A stretch of 63,445 bases of DNA, filler included, from Octopus bimaculoides (lineage: Eukaryota): assembly GCF_001194135.2 (NCBI RefSeq). It is 8 parts of 7 records of this genome, joined end to end, with 100 filler letters (N's around TTAATTAATTAA, not from the genome) between each part and the next. Parts side by side here need not be neighbours in the genome. Positions count along the whole stretch, not along the records: positions 8,189 to 20,288 come from NC_069009.1; positions 20,389 to 32,275 come from NC_068982.1; 6 more parts are not named here. One strand, given 5' to 3'. Position 1 is the stretch's first letter. Each line of letters opens with the position of its first letter. Shown piece after piece: positions 11,440 through 24,567 of the stretch. A program made the translations under genes and the position numbers. The notes beneath the pieces were generated by a model, which saw only the letters and a program-made list of their open reading frames with translations, searched no databases and was not told the DNA's origin.

Positions 11440-12957
11440 CCTGGATTGAAATTACGTCACTTATTGTGCAGTATTACTACAGTATAAGTCTGTTTTATCT
11501 ACTTGAACAATATGCTCAGAGAAGGGCCGATCATCTTACCTGCTGTTCGGAAGTACATTTTAACAGCCTGTATACATGACTTAAGTATCTTTGTGCTATA
11601 TCGAAAGTGCTATCTTCTTTCTCTTCTTTCCAAATAGCAACATCTTGATTTTCTTTTGTATCCATGCATTTATTCAATGTTGGTGTTTGTGCTTTGTAAG
11701 ACCAATCAGCATATACATTTGTACAAACTTGTTAAACATCTTGCAGCCATTTTCACATTGCAACGCTACCAAATTTTTTTGTGACCGTGTTTTGACCTCG
11801 TAAAATATTTTTTATGATCTGCTTAATATTTCCTGCCAAAGACGAAACATTAAAGGACTATATATTTTTCTTCATATTTTATGCACAAATATACACATGC
11901 CCATACACACAATTTACACAAAATACCAAACAGCAATGATGTAGAATCCAAAGACTTATGATCACGCACATTGTCGCACACATGTTCACATACACATATA
12001 TAGAGAGAATGTGAGTCACAGAGGGGCAAACGAATGTTAAGTAAGTATTATGGCAAGATATTAAGTATGTGAAAATATATAGTCAAGGAAAAAGTATCAG
12101 CAAAACTGGTCCAACTTACAAACGTCTTAAGGCTGGAAGATTTGCAAACCACCCATTTTTGATTCTGACGATTTTATTATTGTTTAGAAATCTGAAAATC
12201 AGAAGAGATGTATCATAAATTTCAAATATTACGTCCAACAAATTAGATGCAGAAATAGAAGTAATATAAATATAAGTGAAAGAATTAATTGAACATGACT
12301 ATGAAAATGATGAGTTAAGAATGTGATGAAAATAATAATGAGGGATGTAATAGTGTTAAGTGATGATGAAAGCAATAATGATTATGATGATGGCATTTGT
12401 GGTGACGGATTTAGTGGTGGTGAAGTTGTTTCGGTCTGCTCGCAATGCAGCTCTGGTTTATGAGTGATAACGATGATAATGATGGTGAAGATGACGATGA
12501 TGCTCATCAGGATGATGGTCATGACGATGATGATGATGTCAACTACAACAACGACGAGGATGATGATGATGATGATGATTATTGAGACTGCAGCTAATCC
12601 TTGTGATCATGATGAGGAGAAGGACGCTGATATAGAAAGTAAAAAAAAAAAAGCTATAATAAAAGAGGAGGATGAGAAAACGAAGAAAATTAAAGACGAG
12701 TAGATAGGGAGAAATATGGAAAAGATAAAAAAGTGTAAACTGAAACAGGGGACGTCTATATATCTATCATTCTATCCCGCTATCAAATTATCTATCAATA
12801 TATAGCCGGATATGTAGGTAGATAGATCACCAGAGAGATAGACACACACACACGAACACACACAGACACGGACACACACACGCACACACACGCACACACA
12901 TATACAAATATATTTGTTTATGCATATGTAACGTATATGTACATTCATTTATTCATT
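11437..12957 (+). repeat. Copy 2 of the ~1.5-kb tandem duplication
   Basis: Colinear with 8545-10110. Confidence 0.95.
12120..12191 (-). CDS. Internal 72-bp LRR coding exon: (L)FLNNNKIVRIKNGWFANLPALRR(L)
   Basis: Acceptor tcttctgattttcAG, donor GTAAGT, 72 nt, phase 2/2, open. Paralogue of 9278-9349. Confidence 0.85.
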
Positions 12958-13160
12958 TAGCTCTTTGAGCAATTTTATAGCGGCCATATAACAGCACCAC
13001 GTTTATTCGAAAACATCGACCCTAGGACTTATTCGTTGTAAGACTAGTAATTATTCTATCGATTCCTTATTCCGAACCGCTAAGTTACGTGGGTTTAAAT
13101 ACACCAACGTTTTTATCAGGCGATTTAGGGGAACAAGCACCGACACACACACAAATATAT
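12950..13160 (-). mobile_element. SINE B/C tail half
   Basis: Matches 1478-1700. Confidence 0.8.
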
Positions 13161-13635
13161 ACATACACACACACGCACGCACACAGACGCACACGCGCGC
13201 ACACACACACACGCACACACACATATATATATGTATGTATGCATATATTTGAGTGAGCTTGTTTGTTTGTGTGTGTGTATATATGTTTTGTGATACCCAA
13301 TAATACATAACTATATGCTTGTGTTTGTGAATTCAAGCTCATTCAGTTTTCGAACTGACTGCAGCTAGCACCAAATGAAAAAGTGGTCTCCTCACGTGTG
13401 ATATGTTGCTGTTGAGAGACTAATCTTAAATGTTTTAGTATGTCGAAGGAATTAGATGCAGGAAGATGAGAACACGAAGACGGAGTTGAGGAATTTGATG
13501 AAAGAGATGATGATAATGATGTGCAAAAAATATGACGATAAAGGAGATGATGAGTGATGAAGATTATGCTAATCATGATAATGGCGTTTAATTATACGGC
13601 GGTTGGTGGTGTTGGTGTGGTTGTGCTATCACTGT

Positions 13636-13674
<39 letters not shown>

Positions 13675-13687
13675 CGACGACGACGAC

Positions 13688-13721
<34 letters not shown>

Positions 13722-14082
13722 TAAAAAATAAGCAGTTTTTGATAACAAGAGCGGAGGATGAGGAGAAAGAAAGTTATATGTAGACGTTGATAAATAAGAA
13801 ACAGATGAGTCGAAAGAGAAAAGGAAATTGTTATATNNNNNNNNNNNNNNNNNNNNNNNNNNNNNNNNNNNNNNNNNNNNNNNNNNNNNNNNNNNNNNNN
13901 NNNNNNNNNNNNNNNNNNNNNNNNNNNNNNNNNNNNNNNNNNNNNNNNNNNNNNNNNNNNNNNNNNNNNNNNNNNNNNNNNNNNNNNNNNNNNNNNNNNN
14001 NNNNNNNNNNNNNNNNNNNNNNTTACACCAGCTTCATATATATTCAGGTATATATATATATATATATATACCTGAATATATA

Positions 14083-15173
14083 TGAAGCTGGTGTAAAGGT
14101 GATGGACGATTTTCAGGTGTCTACTGGAAATGAAGAAGCCTATGATTCAGACAGTATTTCCATTGCTTTCTAGAACTTAATTCCATCTGTAAACAGGCTT
14201 ATAAATGCCACGCTTGTGAAATTGTTTAAGTTTTGATGCGAAATGTGAATCCAACTCATTTTCAACCTCTTCTCTTGATGTCAAACTAAGACCATTCAAA
14301 TGATTCCGTAATCCTCTAAAGAAGTGATAAATGGAAGAAGCAAGGTCTGGAGAATAGGGAAGATGAAGCAAAATTTCCCACCCAATCTCTTCCAAGAGAT
14401 CTTTGGTCAGTCGTGTTGACTGAGGACGAGCATTAGCTTTCAAACAATGAGATTAGCGGTGTTTACCTAACTTCGTAATGGACAATTCCTTCAATATCCC
14501 ACCATTCACTCAACATGATCTTCCTTTGATGAAGACCTCTTCTTGGTTATTGAATAAATGTCCCTCCTCAACTGATCCACGATCGGCGGCGTTTAAAGTT
14601 ATGGCAAAGGATCCAATTCTCATCACCTGTAACAAGCCTTCCTAAAAATCGTTCTTTCAGGTGTCCTGAAAGCAATGAAAGACAACAAGCAACACGCTGT
14701 TGCAGATTCTCTGGAGACAGTTCGTTCGGGACCCATTTTCCAACCATTAAAACCTTTCCGATCATTTTCTGTTGACACAGAACAATTATATAGGCTACGT
14801 TAATCTGTTCGTCAAAGTTTTCTATAACTATCGGTTGGATCTTCTGTGACAACAGCTTTCGCCTCTTCGTAATCAAGTTGTTTTGAACGACCATATTTTG
14901 GCCTGTCTTTCAAACTCAAATCCCCACTTCTGAAACGAGAAAACTATCTCCTGCAACTTCTACCGCACACTACATTATCTCCATAAACTCTCTGAAAAGA
15001 CATTGCCGTTGTGCTTGCATTTGCGATCATTAAATGTGAGGAAAATGGGTGCAAATGTAGCACAAGATTATGGCTAATGCAATCAGAATCTGAAAGGAAA
15101 ATGTATAATTCACATGTTGTGACATTCTTAAAGATGTTTTCTAAAAAATCGGCCATTACCTTTGCTCCAACCT
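14083..15173 (-). mobile_element. Decayed, near full-length mariner transposon
   Basis: TIR-like ends aagctggtgtaaaggtgatggacgatttt and (rc) aggttggagcaaaggtaatggccgatttt. Transposase remnants include LVTGDENWI, HLPYSPDLAS..YHFFRGL and an N-terminal HTH. Confidence 0.9.
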
Positions 15174-15254
15174 GCCTTTCTGTATCTGGTCAGTTTAGCG
15201 GGACTGATGGATGGCCACCCTACACTCGAAAAACAATGGGATCTATTTACTAAA

Positions 15255-16600
15255 TCTGAATGGAACTTGAACATTTCATGCTAGAATGTGCACACTCTGC
15301 TGGATAACAAAAGTGATTTTCGGCCTGAAAGTTGCACTGCACTTGTTGCTCGCAAGCTGAACCCCTATAACATTGATATAGCTGCACATTCATAGATGCA
15401 TTTAGAAGGTGATGGTCAGCTTGAGGAAGTAGGAGCTGCATACACTTATTTTGGAAGGGAGAAGGAGAAGTATAGAGAGGCCGGTATTGGCTTTGCAGTT
15501 CGATGTGATATCGTTAAGTAGTTGAAGAAGCTTCCTGCTTTTATAAATGAATGTCTAATAACTCTACGATTGCACCTTAAATGTTGGCGGTTTGCAGCTC
15601 TAATATGTGCCTATACACCTATTCTGTCTGGTTGTGATGAAGATAAAACTATATTTTATACCTAGCTGAGAGCCATACTTAGGAACATCCACAATTCTGA
15701 TAAAGACATTTTACTGGAGATTTCAATGCCAGAGTTGGTGCAGACTGACAGACATGGAACTCTCTAGGACGTTTTCGTTTAGGGAAAATGAATAGCAATG
15801 GTCTCATGCTGCTGGAACTTTACGATAAACGACGATTTTCCATCGTCCTCACTTATTTTATCCTCAAAGGCGATCGCACAACAAAGTGGATGCATCCATA
15901 GTCTAAAGTTCGGCACTGGCTGGATTATGTCATCATCCGCAAGCGTGACATCTGTGACATTTGTAATATCACATCCTTTCATGGATCGGAACTCTGGATA
16001 GAACACAGCATGGTGCGAACAAAGTTCTAGATGATGATTAGAGCGAAAGAGAGAAGAGGGCCAGTCAGCATTCCTTAGCGTGTGAATGTCTACAAGATAT
16101 ATGATGCTCTACTGAAGAAAGAGCTTCCGGCTCGGTTGTCCAGCATTGAAAATACTAGAGTATGGGAAGATTTTCGATACCAGGTCCTTGAATGTACCGC
16201 TGAAACACAGAGATATACAACACAGAGACTAGTTTAATGAAAACGATGCTGAAGTTCAGCGACTATCAGTTGTAATGCACCCTACCCACAAAGCATTACT
16301 GCACAGAGGACTTTCAGCTGTGCAGCGAAATCTAGCACATGCACACTATATCAGTGTAAAATCACTACTGCAGCGATCTCTCATGAAGATGCAGAACACT
16401 TCGTAGGAGGATCTTGCTCGTGATTTTCAAGCTGCTGCTGATGAAAATGACAGCAAGAAGCTTTACCATTTATGAAGCAAGATTATGGGACTTGGAGCTC
16501 TGTATCAGCTCCTTGGCTTTCCAAGAAGTCTTCTGCTCTATTTAGAAAATAACAGAAATCACAGGGAGCTGGGTTGAACACTTATCTGGACTCGTAAACC
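15255..16600 (+). mobile_element. Decayed RTE LINE (APE endonuclease and linker)
   Basis: Remnants of NVxTLLDN, RPE..TALVAR.L..YNIDIAA, GQLEEVGA.YT, GFAV and GDFNARVG motifs, with many disruptions. Confidence 0.8.
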
Positions 16601-17811
16601 ATGAGTCAGTTGTTTTATTTCAGTTATATACATTTCATTAGAGAAACATTTTAAAACGTCAAAGCTGCAGGCTACAAGACGTATGTATACGGTATTCATT
16701 GCATCAGCTTTTTTTCACATAGAAATAGAGTTATGTGGAGGCAGCTCATAAAATTCGATGGGGCACGGGAAATCGTATCACAACATTCAATATATTCAAT
16801 ATATTCTTAAATTTCTATCGGCCATTTTCTCATTCGAACAGCTGTAGCTTTTTCCGGAGCCGTAATTTGGCCTCAGTAACTTTCTGACAGAACACAGCCG
16901 ACCTCTTTGGAAGAGCAAAATAAATTACTTATGGTCTACTTACTGTCACGAACATGAACAGGTAAATCAAGAATGGCGTGAACGAAGAAAGTTAAAGGAA
17001 CATATAATTGACCCATGAAAATATACAAAACTGGATGAAAAGGTATTAGATGGTACACAACCATTCACCACAAATGTGCAAGGAACGAGCAAACAGCAAA
17101 TCAACTCAAACCTAAAAATTGTATACTATAAAGTTCAGTTACTGATCAATTTAGAACGCTATAAAATTTTAAAAAACCGTTAGAGCAATAATCATCAAAA
17201 TAAATAAAGAATGAAATCATACCGTAGAAAAAAAAAATTAAGATATTAATTATAACGTTCAAACTAGAGGAACCCGGTTAAACAGTAGCACACTTAAAAA
17301 ATAATAATGATAATGTTTCTTAAATAAAATTCCCTCTAATACACTCTAGCACACACCATTATANNNNNNNNNNNNNNNNNNNNNNNNNNNNNNNNNNNNN
17401 NNNNNNNNNNNNNNNNNNNNNNNNNNNNNNNNNNNNNNNNNNNNNNNNNNNNNNNNNNNNNNNNNNNNNNNNNNNNNNNNNNNNNNNNNNNNNNNNNNNN
17501 NNNNNNNNNNNNNNNNNNNNNNNNNNNNNNNNNNNNNNNNNNNNNNNNNNNNNNNNNNNNNNNNNNNNNNNNNNNNNNNNNNNNNNNNNNNNNNNNNNNN
17601 NNNNNNNNNNNNNNNNNNNNNNNNNNNNNNNNNNNNNNNNNNNNNNNNNNNNNNNNNNNNNNNNNNNNNNNNNNNNNNNNNNNNNNNNNNNNNNNNNNNN
17701 NNNNNNNNNNNNNNNNNNNNNNNNNNNNNNNNNNNNNNNNNNNNNNNNNNNNNNNNNNNNNNNNNNNNNNNNNNNNNNNATATACACATACATATACACA
17801 CAGAGACACAC

Positions 17812-17859
<48 letters not shown>

Positions 17860-18006
17860 GCACATATACATATATATATATATATACACACATACATATA
17901 TATACACACACACATACACATACATATATATATATACACATATATACATTTACATACACACATAGATATACATACATACACATACACACACATATACACA
18001 CACACA

Positions 18007-18092
<86 letters not shown>

Positions 18093-18339
18093 TAATGTGA
18101 GGAAAACGAGTTTCCAAATCGACCAGGTACACAACTTTTAGCATTACATGAATTTCATTAGGGAGAATATATACCGTGTATTCCACATCACCATATTATG
18201 CAGTGGGGACATGATCATAATATATTTATATGTTGGAAAACTCGTGGTATTTATACGCACATCAAGAATTGATAGTTGAGGATAAAACCAGTACAATGGC
18301 AGGGTATAAAATATACTACCTTAATTAGCCCGTACTTGA

Positions 18340-19070
18340 GTCAAAATTATCATTCGAAAAGGATATTTTATAGTTAATTATTCCGTATGGGGCTCAAGTG
18401 ATGACTAATATTATTAAGGAGAGACTAAATATTGTAAGAGTGTCTTTTAAAAAGGGCAACATTTATTCTAATATATTTCCCATTAAAACCATAAGAGTGG
18501 GATATTCAACATCGAGAAATGTATGTAATATCATCTCCTCAATAAATAATAAAAAATTAAATAACTATTATAACACGCACAATAAATAATGGCTTTAGCT
18601 ATAATATATCCGCTACTGATGGAAGTCATGATTCACATATAGTTAAATGCTCATGTCGTGATAAGACTACATGTAAGCTCTCGAATAATTATAATATTCA
18701 TAATGTAATTTATAAATATATAGTAAGTTCTAAGAACGATAATAATAAAAATATAAATAAGGTATATATAGGATCTACAGCTAATGGAATTTAAAAAAGG
18801 ATTTCTCAACACTACCAGACTTTCAAAAATCCTAATTTAAGTAAGTCCACAAGTTTAAGTAAATATATATGGGAATTGACATCTAGAAAAAGAGAGTACA
18901 CTCTTATTTGGAGTATAATAAGTAGAGCCCGCTCTAAAAATATTGGGAATAAAATGTGCTTGTAATGTATAACAAAATTTATGGAACTGCTACAGTCTAG
19001 AGACGAATTACTAAATACATACGATGAAATAGGAACAAATGTAGACACCAAAGTAACTTTACTTTCAATA
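18340..19070 (+). mobile_element. Penelope-like element relic: linker and GIY-YIG endonuclease
   Basis: IIPYGAQVMTNI..., KTIRVGYS, CSCRDKTTC, NVIY, VYIGSTAN, TSLSKYIWEL, CL*C, LLNTYDEIG..CRH, with stops and a frameshift. Confidence 0.8.
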
Positions 19071-19149
19071 AAATGAAATATTGAATTGTTTTTTTTTCTG
19101 CTCTAATGCTGTGTTCATATCCAATCTATCCTCTTCCCCTTTTTTCTTG

Positions 19150-20288
19150 GTACACACAGTCTGTCCGTGTCACTTTTTTGGTGAATTAACCCATATTTAG
19201 TCAGCAACTTCCTTGTCTTTCTGTCTCAACTACACCACCTTAAATGTTTCTGTCATTTCTTTATCCATCAATTTATCTATTTCCAATATCTTCAAGTACT
19301 TATACCCCTCTCTTCTATCTGTTTTATAATCTCCCACGATGGTATCGCTAGCCCGTCCATACATTTGATTTTGCTTCTTTTCAAGACTAACACGCCATAC
19401 GTTTACAGTCCGAAGTCCAATATGATATCAGCTCTGAACGTATACACCGTATCTACGAGGGAATTGACTTGGAATTCATCTCTACCATGAAGTTTGAAGT
19501 CATTCATGGATAACAAGTGGTTGACACTTTGTTAGCGGCTCTTGGATTAATTCCCACACTTTTACTTTCCCCCGAATCAGTCTTAGTGTTATCATGAACA
19601 GTACAGAGATGAATGTAGACAGGCAGTCGCCTTGGAAGATGCCTTTCCTAATTTCTAATGCCCCTAAACTTCTATATGGTGTCAGATCCAGCCTACATTT
19701 CGCCATACAACATCCAATACAATACCAAATAGGTTCATATATTCCATAATCCAACAATGTGGGGTCATATCGTACGCCTTACGGTTATCGATCCATGGCA
19801 TGGCAAAGTTAGCTTTCCTTCTCTTGCAGACTCTAAGTACATTTTTTCTCATGGTTGCACTGAATCATAGAATGCCACAGTATCCTTGCATTATCATTTT
19901 CTATGATGCCTTTGGGTTTGTGATCGTACCAATTTTTTCCTGTCAAGTCTATACATGTTGCAAAGTGTCCAATGGACAATCCTTGCTATATTGTCGTGGC
20001 GTCTCATATATTCATTTTGGGCTAGTGGCATACATTGGCTGGTAATATGCTATACGGTTTCACAATTTTGTCCAGAGATTCTGCACTTCTCACTTCCTGG
20101 TGTGTTGTCTATTCTGTATTTTATATATTTTTTCTTAGTACTTGCTCTTGGGCAGCACAGATTAGACCCCCCCCCTCCGTTTCCGGTTTTAAATCACTTT
20201 TAGTCATCCACAGCCATTTTATTCTCTGTCTATCTTATCTTCAACATCCCTATGAAATTGTCCAGGCATTCTTTCTTTACCCACCTAT
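19150..20288 (-). mobile_element. Decayed R4/Dong-type LINE RT region
   Basis: IRKGIFQGDCLS, MDDFKL, DFGL*KC and YKYL remnants. Confidence 0.8.
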
Positions 20289-20388
20289 NNNNNNNNNNNN
20301 NNNNNNNNNNNNNNNNNNNNNNNNNNNNNNNNTTAATTAATTAANNNNNNNNNNNNNNNNNNNNNNNNNNNNNNNNNNNNNNNNNNNN

Positions 20389-20423
<35 letters not shown>

Positions 20424-20489
20424 GTGTGTGTGTGTGTATGCGCATGTGTGTGTGTGCGCGCGCGTGCGTGTGTGTGTGTGTGTATGTGT

Positions 20490-20790
20490 CGCAGATTCTT
20501 AGGACTTAGGTGGGCAGAAATGGGGCTGCTGAATTAGAGAAATCCTTCGACAACTACTTCTGACACCTTCCGGAGGTATAACACGGGGCCGAATCTCACT
20601 GCAAAAATATGACGTTCCAGCAGCAAATCTCTCCAACCTCAGTCTGACCACAATGCTCAAGATCTTCACATCATTTTCTGAAATTAGCTTAAGTCTCTGT
20701 TCAAAGATATGGGGAGGCATGTCGTCACACGTACTGGAGATACACCCGAAGACTGCTATCTATTGGGATAATAATACTGTTTTAAACAGG
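20490..20790 (-). mobile_element. Possible RLE-type LINE C-terminal relic
   Basis: IIPI..AVFGCIS...GTSYF loosely fits RLE endonuclease C-termini. Weak. Confidence 0.3.
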
Positions 20791-20837
20791 ATATAACAAA
20801 ATTGTACCTGGTGATGCATATTTTAATGAAATATTCA

Positions 20838-20885
<48 letters not shown>

Positions 20886-21174
20886 CACATCCACACACAC
20901 ACACAAACACACAAACACACACACAGTCAACGTCTACGTTACGTGCTACACATAATGGCAGGTCATAGACGAAAATAGCAAAATACACAATCATGATAGA
21001 CTGAATCCATGTGTCAGTGTGGGCGCTAAGCTTTCTGAACACCTAGTGCAAGAGGCTCCCATATTTGCCACATCAGTGCAAATGAATGTTATAAATACAA
21101 GCGTGCTCCCCATATCAAAGAGACCAGTTAGGCAGTAACATTCCCCCTCCTCGTCTCACCTCCTCCCCTCCCCC

Positions 21175-21246
21175 CTCAATGACGGAATGGGTATAGTTAA
21201 TGCATGCGGTGCTCAATGACGGAATGGGTATAGTTAATGCATGCGG
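21175..21246. repeat. Exact 35-bp direct duplication (period 37)
   Basis: ctcaatgacggaatgggtatagttaatgcatgcgg occurs twice. Confidence 0.9.
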
Positions 21247-21599
21247 GGTGACAGGCAGTGGTGCTAAATGGGTATGAGAATAATTATATTACATATGTAT
21301 GGCATGTCATTATTTGAACTTAGAACATACTCAATAACATATAGCAGATAGTATGATGCGACCGTTTTTCATTTCCGCTCAGCTGAATCCTTAGAACTGC
21401 TACTTTGAATTTTTTTATGAAACCCAGGAAGAATAAAAAGCAAAGTTAACATCAGTGGGTTAGGAGAGAAATAAGAGGAAATTTGGAACCAAACAAGCTG
21501 GTAGTCTTCTTAGAAAGAAGCTCTGACGATACACACGCGCACACACACACATGCGCAAGCACACACATGCGCAAGCACACACATACACACACTCCACAC

Positions 21600-21668
<69 letters not shown>

Positions 21669-22110
21669 NNNNNNNNNNNNNNNNNNNNNNNNNNNNNNNN
21701 NNNNNNNNNNNNNNNNNNNNNNNNNNNNNNNNNNNNNNNNNNNNNNNNNNNNNNNNNNNNNNNNNNNNNNNNNNNNNNNNNNNNNNNNNNNNNNNNNNNN
21801 NNNNNNNNNNNNNNNNNNNNNNNNNNNNNNNNNNNNNNNNNNNNNNNNNNNNNNNNNNNNNNNNNNNNNNNNNNNNNNNNNNNNNNNNNNNTATATGTTT
21901 ATATGTACATCAAAATACTATATTTAAATATCGACCGCATCAATATTCTTATATGCGAATATATGTATTCTCCGTGTTTGGGTAAGTGAGTATTGTTCAC
22001 TGAAAAACATTTTCTCTCGCTGTCATTCCTCATACTCTGAATATTTTTCATTTATTCGTGAATAAATTTCTTCTTTCCTTTTCTTCAATTTTTCCCATTT
22101 TCTTTTCTTC

Positions 22111-22169
<59 letters not shown>

Positions 22170-22751
22170 GTCGTCATCATCATCATCAACATCGTGGGTT
22201 ATTATTATTTTTATTAGTTTTTTCCCCATCTCTCTTGAAATATGCCTTATATTTATTTTACTTTCTATATATTTACATTTTCTTACCATTCTAACCGTCT
22301 TTCAATTTTGATTTGTCGTTGACTCGGTACCATTCAAATTCAAAATGGATTCTAAATTGCTCCGAACGTATTTTACAAGCTTCGCACATACACCTAAATA
22401 ATCTTCTCATTTTTCTTTTCTTTTTGTTCTTGATATACTTTGGGTTTCATTTATATGTTGTGTGTTCTTTTTCGACTCTGGTTCTCCTGTAGCATGCAAA
22501 TGCCTCACAGTTTTTTTCTGCAGATCCCCATTGCAGATTCACTGGCATCAATAACACAAAAGTCAAATGACAGGTAATTATGTTTGTTCAGTCAACATGA
22601 GTTGAGTGGCTGTGTGCTCCGCCGTGAGGTGAGTCTATAATATGTATACATGCACAACACACACACACTAACACAAACACAAACTCACACACGCATGCAT
22701 ATATATATACATGAATATATATATGTGCATACATATATACATGTAACGGCA

Positions 22752-22805
<54 letters not shown>

Positions 22806-22848
22806 CACACGTATATGGATGTAAATAAGTATACACATACGTATATGG

Positions 22849-22898
<50 letters not shown>

Positions 22899-23202
22899 AT
22901 ATCCATATATATATATATGTCTGGGTGTGTGTGTGTGTGTGTGTGTGTGGTGGTATAATCTATTACATATGATATGCCCGTCAAGATACACTAAGAATAT
23001 TAATTCTAAAGGTTGTAGCTAGGAGAGTAATCGATAAATCTAATTTTGGGGAGTTTTATACGTCTGACTGTATACGCACACACACACACACATACACGTG
23101 TATGTGTGAGTGTGAGTGTGTGTATGTGTGTTTATGTATGTATGCATATATATGTGTGTCTGTGTGTGTGTGTGTGCATGCATGTATACGGATATGCGTG
23201 TC

Positions 23203-23270
<68 letters not shown>

Positions 23271-23645
23271 CATGTATAAAGATATGCGTGAGGGTCTATG
23301 TATACATGTTCGTATATATACATATATGTATATGTGTGTGCATGTGTGTATGTGTGTGTGTGTGTATACATACATTGGGTCGTATTCAGTATGTGTTGTT
23401 TAACATTCGAAACGAGCGGTCGAATGATGAATACGCACATCACCGAGGCAAGAAAAGAATATCTATGACGATGGACCTATATTTAGTTCAACCAGTCATT
23501 AGCTCTAACTAAAAACATGCAGACAGTTGCTCAGCCTGTGAACTATGACAGTTAGCGCCATGAAGGTGTTGTAAATTTCATTTTATGAACCTTTCAATAT
23601 CGAGTTCTCGTTCATAAAGTTCCAACCATATTCCATGGTCTTTAC

Positions 23646-23690
23646 TTCACTGAAGAGCGTCAAATGAAACTCGGAATGCAGTATGTGGAA
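23646..23690 (+). ncRNA. Decayed type I hammerhead motif
   Basis: ttca-CTGAAGA-gcgtcaaat-GAAAC-tcggaatgca-GTA-tgtggaa. Core intact, stems I and II weakened. Confidence 0.4.
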
Positions 23691-23799
23691 CTGTTATTCA
23701 CCGAATTATATTCAGATCATTGATTCTTAAATATACGCCAACGAGCGTGTTTAATAAAACTACTGTTCTCTACACATATATTCATCAACATATAATCTT

Positions 23800-24536
23800 T
23801 TATTCTTTTACTTGTTTCAGTAATTTGACTGCGGCCATGCTGGAGCACCGCATTTAGTCGAGAAAATCGACCCCAGGACTTATTCTTTGTAAGCCTAGTA
23901 CTTATTCTATCGGTCTGTTTTGCCGAACCGCTAATTTACGGGGACGTATACACACCAGCATCGGTTGTCAGGCGATGTTGATGGGACAAACACACCCACA
24001 CNNNNNNNNNNNNNNNNNNNNNNNNNNNNNNNNNNNNNNNNNNNNNNNNNNNNNNNNNNNNNNNNNNNNNNNNNNNNNNNNNNNNNNNNNNNNNNNNNNN
24101 NNNNNNNNNNNNNNNNNNNNNNNNNNNNNNNNNNNNNNNNNNNNNNNNNNNNNNNNNNNNNNNNNNNNNNNNNNNNNNNNNNNNNNNNNNNNNNNNNNNN
24201 NNNNNNNNNNNNNNNNNNNNNNNNNNNNNNNNNNNNNNNNNNNNNNNNNNNNNNNNNNNNNNNNNNNNNNNNNNNNNNNNNNNNNNNNNNNNNNNNNNNN
24301 NNNNNNNNNNNNNNNNNNNNNNNNNNNNNNNNNNNNNNNNNNNNNNNNNNNNNNNNNNNNNNNNNNNNNNNNNNNNNNNNNNNNNNNNNNNNNNNNNNNN
24401 NNNNNNNNNNNNNNNNNNNNNNNNNNNNNNNNNNNNNNNNNNNNNNNNNNNNNNNNNNNNNNNNNNNNNNNNNNNNNNNNNNNNNNNNNNNNNNNNNNNN
24501 NNNNNNNNNNNNNNNNNNNNNNNNNNNNNNNNNNNN

Positions 24537-24567
<31 letters not shown>

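Noticed and set aside
13340-13500. Possible third, older LRR exon copy (shares aattagatgcag with the duplicated intron)
   Set aside because: No 72-bp AG..GT unit or LRR frame, and the match is near chance level.
17223-17292. Strong acceptor and donor pair on the minus strand
   Set aside because: Stops in all three frames.
18950-18975. In-frame stop inside the PLE CxxC motif as possible selenocysteine
   Set aside because: The codon is TAA, not TGA, and is at a non-Cys position.
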